Origin: Candidatus Dojkabacteria bacterium
GTDB taxonomy: Bacteria > Patescibacteriota > Dojkabacteria > J137
Length of the DNA stretch: 64,000 nt
Assembly: GCA_030950485.1 (NCBI GenBank)
Contig: JAUZRK010000003.1
Coordinates: 20,228 to 84,227 of the forward strand
Reading direction: 5' to 3'
This document shows, one piece after another, positions 27,979 through 38,346 of this stretch; the first letter of the stretch is position 1; each line of letters begins with the position of its first letter. The notes under the pieces were generated by a model that was given only the letters and a program-made list of their open reading frames with translations, was not told the DNA's origin and searched no databases. The translations under genes and the position numbers were made by a program.

Positions 27979-28008
27979 CAAAGGCGGCAATTATAATTGC
28001 CGCCTCTT
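27979..28008 (-). terminator. Stem-loop (ggcggcaa...ttgccgcc) after the ABC-F genes
   Basis: GC-rich palindrome in an AT-rich spacer just 3' of the 28013 stop on the minus strand, followed by a U-rich stretch. Confidence 0.5.
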
Positions 28009-28012
28009 TAAA

Positions 28013-28735
28013 TTAGACTTCGACTAATTCACCTTCTTCTAGTGTTACCACTCTGTCCGGTCCTATATTCTCAGAAAAATATCTATCGTGTGAAATTAAA
28101 ATCATAGCGCCTTTAAATTCTCTAAGTGCTTCTTCAATTACCTCTTTTGTTTTAATATCTAAATGATTAGTTGGCTCATCAAGAATTAAACAATCGTACT
28201 CATGGTAAGTAAAGATTGCGAATGAAAGCCTTGCTCTCTGTCCAGGACTTAATTTACCAATTTTTTGAGACCTTAAATCTTTATCAAAAAGAAATTTTTC
28301 TAATTGTCCGAAAGAACTACTGAAAGAAACATTAGCTTCTCTCATAAAATACTCATCAACTCTCATTTCCATCGGAAGATGTTCTTGATTTTGAGAAAAG
28401 TATTTCCATTTAAGGTTTTCTCCCCATTTTATAGCTCCCTCTACTGGCTTTAGTTCATTAACTAAAAGCTTTATAAAAGTAGATTTACCAGTACCATTAG
28501 GTCCGACTAACCAAATTTTCTCATTTCCATAAATCTCTAGATCTACACCATTAATCAATGGTGTCTTCTCCTCCCCTTGAGGGAAGGCTGGGAGGGGTGA
28601 TGCTCCCCAATCAAAGACTAAGTCATTAACTTCTAAAACTCTCTTAGTTCTACGAACTTCACCTTCAACAGAAATACTTCCTATAAGCTCTTCTTTATAT
28701 GTGCCAATTTCATTTCTACTTACTTCTCTTTTCAT
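28013..28735 (-). CDS. ABC-F family ATPase, C-terminal half (ABC2 domain)
   Basis: Walker A GPNGTGKST, signature LSPGQRARLSFA, Walker B LILDEPTNHLD, H-loop ISHDRYF; ATGA start/stop overlap with the N-terminal half. Confidence 0.75.
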   Translation of the reverse strand: MKREVSRNEIGTYKEELIGSISVEGEVRRTKRVLEVNDLVFDWGASPLPAFPQGEEKTPLINGVDLEIYGNEKIWLVGPNGTGKSTFIKLLVNELKPVEGAIKWGENLKWKYFSQNQEHLPMEMRVDEYFMREANVSFSSSFGQLEKFLFDKDLRSQKIGKLSPGQRARLSFAIFTYHEYDCLILDEPTNHLDIKTKEVIEEALREFKGAMILISHDRYFSENIGPDRVVTLEEGELVEV

Positions 28736-29499
28736 TCTTGTTTTGCAGCTCTTACAGCCTTACCTCTTTGCTTAGCATCTTTAAGTTTTCTACTATTTTC
28801 TAAAAGTTTTTCTAACTGCTCTCTCTTTTTTTCTTGAGCTTTAAATAATCTTGCTCTCTCTTCAATATAATAATCTTTCGCTTCAAGAAACTTATCATAG
28901 TTTCCATCCCAGATTCTTAATGTCTGCTCGTCAATTTCAAAAATTTTATTTGTAAGTGAATTTAAAAACATCCTATCGTGTGAGATCATAATAATGATTC
29001 CATCGAAGTCCTTTAGAAAGCCTTCAAGCCAAATGATTCCATTAATATCTAAGTGATTAGTTGGTTCATCAATTAGTAAAACTGTCGGTTCTTTTATTAA
29101 AACTTTTGCAAGATATAATTTCATTTTCTGCCCCGGACTAAGTGTTTTTACTTCATCAAACTCATCCACATCAAGTTCAAGTTTTGCCAATAATCGATCG
29201 ACTTTCCACATATCGGTATAGTGATTCGCTACTAGTGATTCTAAAAACTCTCCTACAAATGTAAGCTTCTCAAAACTTAGGTCTAACTCTTGAGGTAAAT
29301 ATCCAATTTTCTCTTCTTTAGTCAGGCTTACATGCCCTTTATCTGGATCTTCTAACCCTGCTAAAATTTTCATCAAGCTAGTTTTACCGCATCCATTCAG
29401 ACCAACAAGACCTACTCTTTCTTTATTTCCAAGTATGAAATTAACGCCAGTAAAAAGTAGTTTTTTATATTCAATTTGTAAATTCTCAGCTTTTATCAT
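28732..29499 (-). CDS. ABC-F family ATPase, N-terminal half (ABC1 domain + linker)
   Basis: Walker A GLNGCGKTS, signature LSPGQKMKLYLAK, Walker B LLIDEPTNHLD, H-loop ISHDR, then a charged helical linker (ARLFKAQEKKREQLEKLL..). Ends ..CAAGAATGA, overlapping the next ATG. Confidence 0.75.
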   Translation of the reverse strand: MIKAENLQIEYKKLLFTGVNFILGNKERVGLVGLNGCGKTSLMKILAGLEDPDKGHVSLTKEEKIGYLPQELDLSFEKLTFVGEFLESLVANHYTDMWKVDRLLAKLELDVDEFDEVKTLSPGQKMKLYLAKVLIKEPTVLLIDEPTNHLDINGIIWLEGFLKDFDGIIIMISHDRMFLNSLTNKIFEIDEQTLRIWDGNYDKFLEAKDYYIEERARLFKAQEKKREQLEKLLENSRKLKDAKQRGKAVRAAKQE

Positions 29500-29777
29500 T
29501 GTTTATATTATAAAGTATTAAGTGCAGTATATACATGCACGCTTTATTGAACTTTGTATTACATTATTACTGTTAAGTTATAACTAGAATAAATGAATGT
29601 TGTTTAAGATTTATTAGGCGTGCAGATTGGACTAAGAAGTTTGTACGTAAATTCTCCCAGAGCATAATGATAAATGCTCTAGAAGTTCTCGACTTTTTGT
29701 TTCGAGTAAAATTATCATAAAAAATATTGCCTATATTAACTATAACGGTTAATATAAAAATATATTACACATAGTAA

Positions 29778-30618
29778 ATGAAATATAAAATTACTGCTTT
29801 AGCTGAAAATACAACTTTTAGACATAATGCTCTAGCTCAGCATGGTCAATCTATATTAATTGAAGCTGGAGATGAATATAAAATGCTATTTGATGTCGGA
29901 GAGATTCCGGGTGCTATTGAACATAATATGAAACAATTAAAAGTAGAATTAAATGATATTAATGACGTAGTAATTTCTCATAGACATATTGGTGCACTTA
30001 CAAACATGGTAAGTAATTTAAATGATCAGAGAGTATATTTACCGACGCAGCTTGGTGAAGAAGATATTAGAAATCATCCTGAAAAATATAATTTCCTACC
30101 TAAGAATCCAGACGGAGGATATGACTTAGCAAATATCTAAGGAGGATGCTTTACTTTTAAATGAGAAGCTTAATACTGTAGCTGTAGATAAAGAAGGTTT
30201 TGAAATTTCTCATAATATATATACTTCTGAAATTGCAGGTGATTGGATGGAAGAGCAAGCTATTGTTATCGATCAAAAAGAATTAGGAATAATTGTCATA
30301 GTAGGTTGCTCACATCCAACCTTAGAAGTTATGGTTGAAAAAGCAAAGATTACTACTGGAAATAATAAGGTAAGAGGAATAATAGGAGGTTTTCATCTTG
30401 CAGATAAAACAGAAGACGAGATCATTGAGTCTGCTAATAAATTCAAATCCTTTGGAATTGAGTTTATGGCTCCAGGTCACTGTACAACAGTTGGAGGATG
30501 TCAGATTTTAGAGAAAACCCTAGGAAGTGAAATCGTAAGATTATCTAAAACTGGAACATTTGCTACTGGTAATAATATAGAAATTAATGGCAGTGAGATT
30601 TTATTTAATTTTGTTTAA
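29778..30618 (+). pseudogene. COG1237-type MBL-fold metallo-hydrolase, split by a frameshift (ORFs 29778-30140 and 30247-30618 in different frames)
   Basis: N-terminal part has the beta-lactamase-fold His block (VISHRHIG). C-terminal part has GCSHP...GGFHL...PGHCT motifs typical of this family. Together they reconstitute one ~280-aa protein. Confidence 0.5.
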
Positions 30619-30629
30619 ACAGTAATTTT

Positions 30630-31247
30630 ATGAGAGATGATATCAAATTAGTATCTTTTGATATGTCAGGTACATTAGTTCTCGGATCAGGTTCAAACTC
30701 TGGAGCTAAATTAGTAGGCAGAGGAGATTTCTATGATAAAAATAAAAGTCTATACCAAGATGGAAGTATAACTATGCAAGAATTTCTTACAGGAACATTT
30801 GCTGAATGGGAAGGTTTAAGTATCTCTAAGTTGCCTGAAATAATTGAATCATTTACTTTTAGAGAGAATGCAGAAGAAACTGTTAAAGCTGTTAAAAAGA
30901 AAGGCTATAAAACAGCATTCTTAACAAACGTACCTATTCAATTAAGTATGCTGCTGAAAGAAATGTTTGAGTTTGATTTTGTAGCTGGTACTAATTTAGA
31001 AGTGATAGATAATAAATTTACAGGAAAAATTTTAGAGTATGCAGGTGATAAAGTTGCTTCTTTAGGTAAGATATTAAATACTGCTGGATTAGATTATAAA
31101 GATGTTGTTCATATCGGTGACAGAAGAGATGATGCAGAGGTATTTGAAAAAGTGTCTTTCGGAATTGCAATTAGTGATGATGATTATGTTAATTCTGTAG
31201 CTGATTACCAAATAGAGAAAATAGAAGAGGTTCTAGAAATTCTTTAG
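30630..31247 (+). CDS. HAD-superfamily hydrolase
   Basis: Motif I-like FDMSGTL at the N-terminus and motif IV HIGDRRDDAEVF. Confidence 0.55.
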   Translation: MRDDIKLVSFDMSGTLVLGSGSNSGAKLVGRGDFYDKNKSLYQDGSITMQEFLTGTFAEWEGLSISKLPEIIESFTFRENAEETVKAVKKKGYKTAFLTNVPIQLSMLLKEMFEFDFVAGTNLEVIDNKFTGKILEYAGDKVASLGKILNTAGLDYKDVVHIGDRRDDAEVFEKVSFGIAISDDDYVNSVADYQIEKIEEVLEIL

Positions 31248-31259
31248 AAATTAATAACG

Positions 31260-31292
31260 AAGCTAATTAAGTAAGCATTACTTAATTAGCTT
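31260..31292 (+). terminator. Perfect 15-bp stem / 3-nt loop hairpin after the HAD gene: putative bidirectional terminator
   Basis: aagctaattaagtaa-gca-ttacttaattagctt, followed by a T-rich run; AT-rich stem. Confidence 0.4.
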
Positions 31293-31485
31293 TGATTAAA
31301 TTTATCCATAAATTTTTATTCAACTTTACTACTTTTCTCCTCACCATTATTTACTTCAGAAATTAACTTTCTCTTACCCAAGTAATATCCAGAAGCAAAA
31401 ACTCCTCCAATAAAAATAAAATGTAGTAAAAAAACTATAATACTCATAGGTTATAATAATAAAACTTTAAACATGATACAAGAAT

Positions 31486-32436
31486 ATGGGTTTACTTAGA
31501 AGTTACTTACGAAAAAAAGCTTATAGTGTAAAAGAAAGCCCTGTTAAATCTAGTACTCAGTTTTATCTAAATAAGGTAGAAAGTGTTATTAGTATAGAGA
31601 ATCTCGAGGAAGCTGAAGAAGATATGAATAAATATTATCTTAATAGTAAGTGGGCATACTCATTGTTTCACACACATGATAACTTTCATCACTTTGCTTT
31701 ATGTAACGGAAAAGTTGTAAAACGAGAAGATTACGAAACGCAACCTAAACTAATATCTGAATATATAGAAAAAATTAAAGCTAAAAATGTTCTTGAACTA
31801 TCAAGTGGTCAAGGAGCGAATAGCTATTATCTTGCTAACAAGTTTCCTGACACCCATTTTAAAGCAATTGATTTAATACAAACTCCTGAAGAAAAAGTTC
31901 TCAAATTGAAAAACTTTCAGTTCCAAAATGGAGATTATCACGATTTGTCTAAGTACAGGGAAAATAGTTTGGATTTAGTTTTTATAATTGAAGCACTTTG
32001 TCATTCTAGCACTCCCAAAATAGTTATCGATCAAGTTTATAGTGTATTGAAGCCTGGAGGATATTTTATTATTTTTGATGGATATAGAAGAAGAGAAATT
32101 AGTGAGTTAAATAACTTAGATAAGAAAATACTGACCTTAAGTGAACACGCTATGGCTTTGAATGAGATGTTTAATATTGTTAAATTTAATACTTTATTAA
32201 AATCATCAAATTTTGAAGTTTCAAAAAGCACAGACTATTCAGATAAGGTAATACCTAACTTAATTAAGTTAGAGTATTTGGCAAGAATGTATTATAAGTT
32301 TCCAAAGATCGCAAAACTTGTTAATAGATTCATTTCTAAAGAAGTTGTTCAGAATTCTATAACTGGATTATTTTTAAGAACTTTGGTTGAGAAAGAGATC
32401 ACTGGTTATTATGGTCATATTCTTAGGAAATTTTAA
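31486..32436 (+). CDS. Class I SAM-dependent methyltransferase
   Basis: Motif I VLELSSGQGANS, motif post-I AIDL, motif II/III region (LDLVFIIEAL...LKPGGYFII). Confidence 0.65.
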   Translation: MGLLRSYLRKKAYSVKESPVKSSTQFYLNKVESVISIENLEEAEEDMNKYYLNSKWAYSLFHTHDNFHHFALCNGKVVKREDYETQPKLISEYIEKIKAKNVLELSSGQGANSYYLANKFPDTHFKAIDLIQTPEEKVLKLKNFQFQNGDYHDLSKYRENSLDLVFIIEALCHSSTPKIVIDQVYSVLKPGGYFIIFDGYRRREISELNNLDKKILTLSEHAMALNEMFNIVKFNTLLKSSNFEVSKSTDYSDKVIPNLIKLEYLARMYYKFPKIAKLVNRFISKEVVQNSITGLFLRTLVEKEITGYYGHILRKF

Positions 32437-32440
32437 TCTA

Positions 32441-34123
32441 TTACTGTATTTTCATTCCCCAGACCATCTGCCTTGAAACAATAAGTGTAGGTACGACTTT
32501 TTCAAATTGTCTATCATACAGACCTACTCTATCTTCAAGAGAAGTTCTATAATTTGGATCTGCACTATAGCCACCAGTATAATGAAGTCCAACACCATAA
32601 CCCTGACCATGAATATAACTTTCAGATAACCCTCTATTTCCATCCTCAAGTTGAATGAATGAAATTTCTTCTCCAAGATAGTCCTGAATATAGTATATAA
32701 GTTTGTTGTAAACCATTCCTAAAGTTTGAGGTCCATCATATGTAGTTGCCATAAACTTTCTACCAGATTTGGTCTGAACCTTAATATTCCAAGTACCTGG
32801 CATTTCGCCTGCTGCGAATCTCGCATCTTCCTGACTTATACCTAGATCTGCAACATAATCAACTAACCATTGTGGCCATTCACTACTATTATATCTGAAT
32901 ATTTGTCGATTTAAATGAGCTATATGTTCGGAATTATTAGGATTGAAAGTTTTCTCACTTCGAACTATATCAATTTGAGTAAATGAAGTAGCATCTCCCT
33001 TGTTAAATTGTCTGTCTAATCTATTTATTAATTCATTTACAATTCTTAATGTAGTACCATCAACAAACTCAAGTCTTTCATCTATAATTATTGATCCGCC
33101 AGAAAAAAACATTCCCATCCTCTCTCGATCAACTACAAGACGCTCTCCCTCGCTATTTAAAAACAGAGAAATATTTATATTAGATCTGATAATCTCTCCT
33201 AATTCGGTGCTATTAGTTAAATGAATTACATTAATAAACTTTGATACTGCAGATATTGATTCTGAATAGTCATTTGCAATATAGTAAGGACTTTCTAAAT
33301 TTAGGAGTAAGCTATTATATTCGCTCTCAGTAAAACCATCTAAGTTGTTAAATATTAAAACTCTATTCAAAAGATCAATATTTATATGATATTCGTTTAT
33401 ACTTAGATTCATACTACCTGCAAAATCCTGTCTTTGGTCTTCAGGTGAATAATTTGATGTTAAATTTGATATTCCTACTCCTGGAAAATCAGCATTTTCA
33501 TAAACCGGAACTGATCCAACTAGTGTACTTTCTTCAGCCCCATAATATCTCGTCTTACTAAAGTTCTTTGGTACAAATAAAGTTGGAACATCATTTTCTC
33601 CGTTCATTTGGCTCCAATTACTTGGAACGTATGTATAGCTCTGGGGATACGGCAAAGTCATTATTTGAGAAAAGCCTGAGTATTCATATAAAATATGCTG
33701 TCCTTGATTTAGGAATAATTGAGATATTTGTTCAATTTCGTTAACGAAAAAGCAAAAAGCTTCTACACCTGGTTTAATCTCAAAAACACCTAGACTACCA
33801 TCAGGATTCACGACAAGACCTTCATTAAAAGTTCGCGGATAAGGGCCTGTGATCTTAACTTCCTTAAATTCACCAAAAGGATCTATTGAAGGATGTGAAT
33901 CAGCTACTGCAATAACCTCTATTCCATCACTAGCTTCAACCTTAGCCCCGCCTAATGATAAATAAGTCGCAAGACCTCCTATAGCTGCGCCAGTCCCTAA
34001 AGCAAGACACCCACGCCTATTCATCATGTATAAATCAGGATATATTGGCTTCCCAGTATCGGTAAGTAGACTCTCTCCTACAATGACTTTATGGCCAGTT
34101 TGATTATCAGTAAATTCATCCAT
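32441..34123 (-). CDS. Hypothetical secreted protein with Tat-like signal (true start probably MMNRRGCLALG...)
   Basis: Twin-arginine-like NRRGCLALGTGAAIGGLATYLS ~34 codons into the ORF; the remainder has no recognisable motif. Confidence 0.5.
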   Translation of the reverse strand: MDEFTDNQTGHKVIVGESLLTDTGKPIYPDLYMMNRRGCLALGTGAAIGGLATYLSLGGAKVEASDGIEVIAVADSHPSIDPFGEFKEVKITGPYPRTFNEGLVVNPDGSLGVFEIKPGVEAFCFFVNEIEQISQLFLNQGQHILYEYSGFSQIMTLPYPQSYTYVPSNWSQMNGENDVPTLFVPKNFSKTRYYGAEESTLVGSVPVYENADFPGVGISNLTSNYSPEDQRQDFAGSMNLSINEYHINIDLLNRVLIFNNLDGFTESEYNSLLLNLESPYYIANDYSESISAVSKFINVIHLTNSTELGEIIRSNINISLFLNSEGERLVVDRERMGMFFSGGSIIIDERLEFVDGTTLRIVNELINRLDRQFNKGDATSFTQIDIVRSEKTFNPNNSEHIAHLNRQIFRYNSSEWPQWLVDYVADLGISQEDARFAAGEMPGTWNIKVQTKSGRKFMATTYDGPQTLGMVYNKLIYYIQDYLGEEISFIQLEDGNRGLSESYIHGQGYGVGLHYTGGYSADPNYRTSLEDRVGLYDRQFEKVVPTLIVSRQMVWGMKIQ

Positions 34124-34159
34124 ATATAATTATATCATAAGCTGCCATTTTAAGGCACC

Positions 34160-34993
34160 TTATATAGCAATATCTCCGACTCGAGTTCTTCTCAAATTCA
34201 ACAAAGTAGCAGCAACGCCTAATTTATCTCCAATATCTACAGCTAACTGTCTAATATATATCCCTTTTGAAGCGAAAATTCGAACTTTTGCAGTTTTAAA
34301 TGAAGATATATTAATATCTTGAAGGTTTTCATCTTTAAGCTCTTTTTTTAGATCTTCTTTAGTAATTTCATTAATTTCAAGCAACTCCATCTCATAAACT
34401 TTCAAATGCTTTAAAGGTAACTCAACCTCTTTTTTTAAATCATCTCCATTAAAAAATTTAACGATCTTTGAATTTTGATTTTTGCCTTTTGACTTATCTC
34501 CCATTATTTCAAACTTTTCATACTTTCTAGCTAAAACTCTCAATTTATCACCTTTAACTTTTACAGAACTATATACTGGGACAAACTGATTATATTTTCC
34601 TATGAAGCTTTCAAGCACAATTTTGATTTTTTCATTTTCAATATTCTTTGTAATTTTGAATTTGTCATTTGTGATTTCTCCTTCTATATCTCCCGTATCT
34701 GTTCCAATTTCAAATAATATCTCTGCTTCATATTCTTTATCCATATTTAGAAATTGATCGCTCAGCTTTGTTGCCTTACCAACTAGTACTATAAGTAGTC
34801 CTGTTGCAAATGGATCTAGAGTTCCTGCATGACCTACCTGCCTCGTTCCATACTTTATTCTTGATTCATCAACAATGTCGTGTGATGTCTTCCATTTAGG
34901 CTTATCTATAATTTCTACTCCACTCCATCTCCCAAATTCGTCTTGTTTTAGTTTGTGATTTACAATTAGGTTATTCATTGTCCGATTATACAC
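34160..34993 (-). CDS. truB: tRNA pseudouridine(55) synthase TruB
   Basis: Catalytic block GHAGTLDPFATGLL preceded by GVEIIDKPKWKTSHD; C-terminal PUA-like region. Confidence 0.8.
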   Translation of the reverse strand: MYNRTMNNLIVNHKLKQDEFGRWSGVEIIDKPKWKTSHDIVDESRIKYGTRQVGHAGTLDPFATGLLIVLVGKATKLSDQFLNMDKEYEAEILFEIGTDTGDIEGEITNDKFKITKNIENEKIKIVLESFIGKYNQFVPVYSSVKVKGDKLRVLARKYEKFEIMGDKSKGKNQNSKIVKFFNGDDLKKEVELPLKHLKVYEMELLEINEITKEDLKKELKDENLQDINISSFKTAKVRIFASKGIYIRQLAVDIGDKLGVAATLLNLRRTRVGDIAI

Positions 34994-35095
34994 TGTATTA
35001 AAGATAAACTCAGTAAACCTATGGTAATACTATAGTTAAAGCAATAGTATATACAATTGTATTACCTCTTATTTCTCCATTTCATACTTTATGAA

Positions 35096-35830
35096 CTAGA
35101 AAAAACACTCAAACTTAAACATATCCTCACCCGCTACAGGACATACTCCATTTGTCCTTCTTTGAAGAAAATCCGTTTCTTGTATTTTTGTTTTTGAGTC
35201 TAAAAAGTTCGTTGGTTTATACTCATGACTCGATATAGACCAGGCCTGAATTAAAAATATATAGGTAATTAAAAGAATACTTAACAAACTAGCTAAGTTT
35301 TTAAAACTAGATTTATTTGATCTTTCATTTTTATCACCCTCGATATTTTTCTCTGTCGAAGCTTTTATATAGAAAGCAAACATAGATCCTATTCCAAAAC
35401 CAAATAGTCCACCAGTTATAAATCTCATTAGGTTATTACTAATGTAAAAACTTGTACTCGAAAGATCTCCGTTAGTACCTATATTTTGTAAAGTTCCAAA
35501 TGTTTGAATCCCTCCATCTATAACTATAGGTATTAGTAGTAGAAAATAATATTTGAATTTTATATTATTCAATACTGATAGCCTTATTGAAATAGCAGCT
35601 AATAGCCAGCCAAACCAAATACCAGTGTCTCTTGCGCACCATGCGTATTGGTTGTCAAAAAGATGTAGTGATCTTGTATGAAATTGATGACAAAAGAAAC
35701 TGTAAAAGAAATAGATTGGCTTTGCTACACCGTCTAATCCAAAGTGTGAAAATATAGGAGCAAGTAGCGGTAATGCAAAGAGAATCGTGAGAAATATTAT
35801 ATAGTAATCAAAAATATTTATTTTTTTCAT
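35096..35830 (-). CDS. Polytopic membrane protein with Cys/His clusters (DUF2085-like)
   Basis: Multiple TM helices; FCHQFHTRSLH and C-terminal GVCPVAGEDMFKFECFF cysteine motifs. Confidence 0.45.
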   Translation of the reverse strand: MKKINIFDYYIIFLTILFALPLLAPIFSHFGLDGVAKPIYFFYSFFCHQFHTRSLHLFDNQYAWCARDTGIWFGWLLAAISIRLSVLNNIKFKYYFLLLIPIVIDGGIQTFGTLQNIGTNGDLSSTSFYISNNLMRFITGGLFGFGIGSMFAFYIKASTEKNIEGDKNERSNKSSFKNLASLLSILLITYIFLIQAWSISSHEYKPTNFLDSKTKIQETDFLQRRTNGVCPVAGEDMFKFECFF

Positions 35831-35971
35831 TTAAACAGAGAAAACTGTAGTTAATACGACAGTATAAACGATTGTATTACGATTGTCTTAATTATTGACT
35901 TGCCTTTGATTTTATTCGCAATTATTCTGCTCATATTTTTCATTCTTTATCTCTTCTAACCAATGTTTTTT

Positions 35972-36006
35972 TGTTATTTGTTATTTGTTATTTGTTATTT
36001 GCCATT
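35972..36006. repeat. Heptanucleotide tandem repeat (TGTTATT)x4 plus one degenerate unit
   Basis: ttgttatttgttatttgttatttgttatttgccatt, read directly; lies between the 3' end of msrB and the 5' end of the DUF2085-like gene. Confidence 0.9.
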
Positions 36007-36032
36007 TTTACTTTGGACTTTCTACTTTTTAC

Positions 36033-36425
36033 TTATCCCCCTGTGCCTTCTGCTTCTTCTTCAAAATCTAATGCTACTGAATTTATACAATAATACATTC
36101 CTCCCTTTTTTGGATAATCAGGAAATACATGGCCAAGGTGAGCCTTGCAATTAGAACACTGTACTTCAATTCTATCTAAGCCATGACTTAAGTCTTTAGT
36201 TAATATAAGCTTAGATTTGTCAGCTACATCGCTAAAACTTGGCCAACCAGATCCTGAATCAAATTTATCATCTGATTTAAAAAGTACTTCTCCACATGCC
36301 TTACATTTATAAACACCTTCGTCCTTATTATCAAGATATTTACCAGTAAAAGGTATCTCAGTCCCCTTTTCAACTAAGACTCTATATTCCTCATCTGTTA
36401 ACTTCTTCTTTAAATCTTCGTCCAT
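36033..36425 (-). CDS. msrB: Peptide-methionine (R)-S-oxide reductase MsrB
   Basis: Zn site CKACGEV...CSNCKAHLGHVF and the GWPSF motif. Confidence 0.9.
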   Translation of the reverse strand: MDEDLKKKLTDEEYRVLVEKGTEIPFTGKYLDNKDEGVYKCKACGEVLFKSDDKFDSGSGWPSFSDVADKSKLILTKDLSHGLDRIEVQCSNCKAHLGHVFPDYPKKGGMYYCINSVALDFEEEAEGTGG

Positions 36426-36434
36426 GGATATAGT

Positions 36435-37043
36435 TTACGTTTGAATTATAATAATTTCATCATCGTTCATTATTACTACTTTATTTGAAGTATTTCTCTT
36501 ATACTCTTCTAAAATTTGTTTATATTCATCTATGTAGTGAGGAAATAATTCAAAACTTAATACATTTAAAGCATCAAAACTAGTTATTCCTACACCCTCA
36601 TTTTCTTGAAATGGAGGATAATCAGCACGTTTCATTGATGGTGTCAGAACCATTGCTCCAGCTGAAAAGCCTGCAAATATATTACCCTCTTCTCTAATAA
36701 AGTTTTTTATTGAGTTAAAGTAATTATTTTCTCGAAGATTTTTTAAAAGTCTACAACCATTCCCTCCAGTAATTAAGATTAAGTTGCATGACTGTATTTT
36801 TTTTCTTTCAGAATCTAAATCTTTATCTATTTCTATAAAGATAAATTCAGAATTGTTTCTCTCACACATCACTTCCCAGTCTTTCATATATTTCTTAACT
36901 TTCTCAGGCATTAATGATCCGTCAGGGTTAATATATGCCAATCTCTTATTCTCTAAAGACTCTGGAAAAAGATGTTTTTCTACTTTATCTATTGTTGCCG
37001 AATTAGGCATTGAAAATAAAATCAGTTTCATATTTGATTTCAT
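36435..37043 (-). CDS. Peptidase S51 family (dipeptidase E / cyanophycinase-like)
   Basis: LILITGGNGCRLL and catalytic Ser block IFAGFSAGAMV. Confidence 0.6.
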   Translation of the reverse strand: MKSNMKLILFSMPNSATIDKVEKHLFPESLENKRLAYINPDGSLMPEKVKKYMKDWEVMCERNNSEFIFIEIDKDLDSERKKIQSCNLILITGGNGCRLLKNLRENNYFNSIKNFIREEGNIFAGFSAGAMVLTPSMKRADYPPFQENEGVGITSFDALNVLSFELFPHYIDEYKQILEEYKRNTSNKVVIMNDDEIIIIQT

Positions 37044-37127
37044 TACTAAAATTTGTAACTGTATTACTATCGCGTTCTACTATATTACTACTGTCTTACC
37101 ATTCTTTCTCATTGCCTTTTCTCCTTC

Positions 37128-37502
37128 CTACTCTTCCAAATACTCCTTAATTGCGCCGAGATAATAATCACTCCACCCATCTTCAAATTCCTCTTCCTCA
37201 TCCTCCGGGACGTTCTCATGAGTAAGTTCAACAATTGTCAGATCCCCTTCTTCAATAAGCGCAAAAGTAACATACGAAGGCTCTTCCCAATCTCCGCCAT
37301 ACCACTCTTGTACTAACTTTTTATTAGCCTCAACTTCAATATTCTTCCCCCATATATCCCCTCCCCAAAGACTAAACTCTCCATCTTCTGAATCATCCAT
37401 TTCGGCAGGTCCAGCTCCCCAGTCTTCCATTGTTTCAGGATTAGTCAATGCATCCCAAACTTCATCAATAGTTGCATTTATTCTATATGTTTGTTTTATC
37501 AT
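37128..37502 (-). CDS. SRPBCC/AHSA1-like small protein, acidic
   Basis: YRINATIDEVWDALTNPETMEDWG start typical of Aha1/SRPBCC-domain proteins. Confidence 0.5.
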   Translation of the reverse strand: MIKQTYRINATIDEVWDALTNPETMEDWGAGPAEMDDSEDGEFSLWGGDIWGKNIEVEANKKLVQEWYGGDWEEPSYVTFALIEEGDLTIVELTHENVPEDEEEEFEDGWSDYYLGAIKEYLEE

Positions 37503-37554
37503 ATTAAAAAAGTTAAGAGTTTTATATTTAGTGTTCTGTTTTAAAAGTCGCTAA

Positions 37555-38298
37555 CTATCCTATAATACTTCCTTCAAATGGTAAATTATTTAAAGCTTTA
37601 TTAATATCCTCGAAATCATAACCATGAAGTATAAAAATCTTAATTCCTGACTCTTTAGCATCTTTAGCTGCAATTGGATCTAATGGATAGTGTGCACCAG
37701 GTTTATGTTCATTAGTCCCAATAATATTAAAGTATTCTTCCCAACTTAATTTATCTATTCTTTCTGCTTCAAAGTCAATATTAGGATCTGCGGTATAAAC
37801 TCCATCTACGTCCTTTAAATCAAAAACAATACCTGTCTTTAAAATTTTCGCCATCTGAACAGCATTCCAGTCATTGCTCAAACCTGGTCTTGATGGAGCA
37901 GTTAAAATTACTTTTGTATCATTAAAATAAGTTGAAAGTTTTGCGTTCAAGATATTAGTCCCGCTATTAATTAAATCATCAAATTCCTGATACCGAATCA
38001 CTTGTTTATAAACCAAGTTATCTAATCTAGCATGTAGTAGTTCAGCATTTAAATTTGTAGTTGAAACACCAATTTTATGTAGATCATTAGTATCTTTCTC
38101 CCCTTTTTCACGGGCATAGTTCATATACTTTCTTGTAATAAAACCACCGCCTACATTTAGAGCTACGTTATACCCATTTGATGTTAATTCTTTTAAAAAG
38201 TTTTTTAATTTATCAGCGTATTCGTAATCGAAGAGTGTTTCTTCTGACCTAGATAGAAGTGAGCCGCCAACTTTTATTACTATATATTTATTATTCAT
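37555..38298 (-). CDS. Amino-acid-kinase-family protein, likely UMP kinase (archaeal-type PyrH)
   Basis: IVIKVGGSLL N-terminal P-loop-like block and ALNVGGGFITRKY (VVGGG..R motif). Confidence 0.5.
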   Translation of the reverse strand: MNNKYIVIKVGGSLLSRSEETLFDYEYADKLKNFLKELTSNGYNVALNVGGGFITRKYMNYAREKGEKDTNDLHKIGVSTTNLNAELLHARLDNLVYKQVIRYQEFDDLINSGTNILNAKLSTYFNDTKVILTAPSRPGLSNDWNAVQMAKILKTGIVFDLKDVDGVYTADPNIDFEAERIDKLSWEEYFNIIGTNEHKPGAHYPLDPIAAKDAKESGIKIFILHGYDFEDINKALNNLPFEGSIIG

Positions 38299-38346
38299 AA
38301 AAAAATAATACAGTTAAAAGAATAATTAATCTACAGAAATAGAAAA

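Noticed and set aside
35963-36154. 63-aa plus-strand ORF spanning the heptamer repeat and msrB 3' end
   Set aside because: Hydrophobic run produced by translating the TGTTATT repeat; overlaps msrB antisense.
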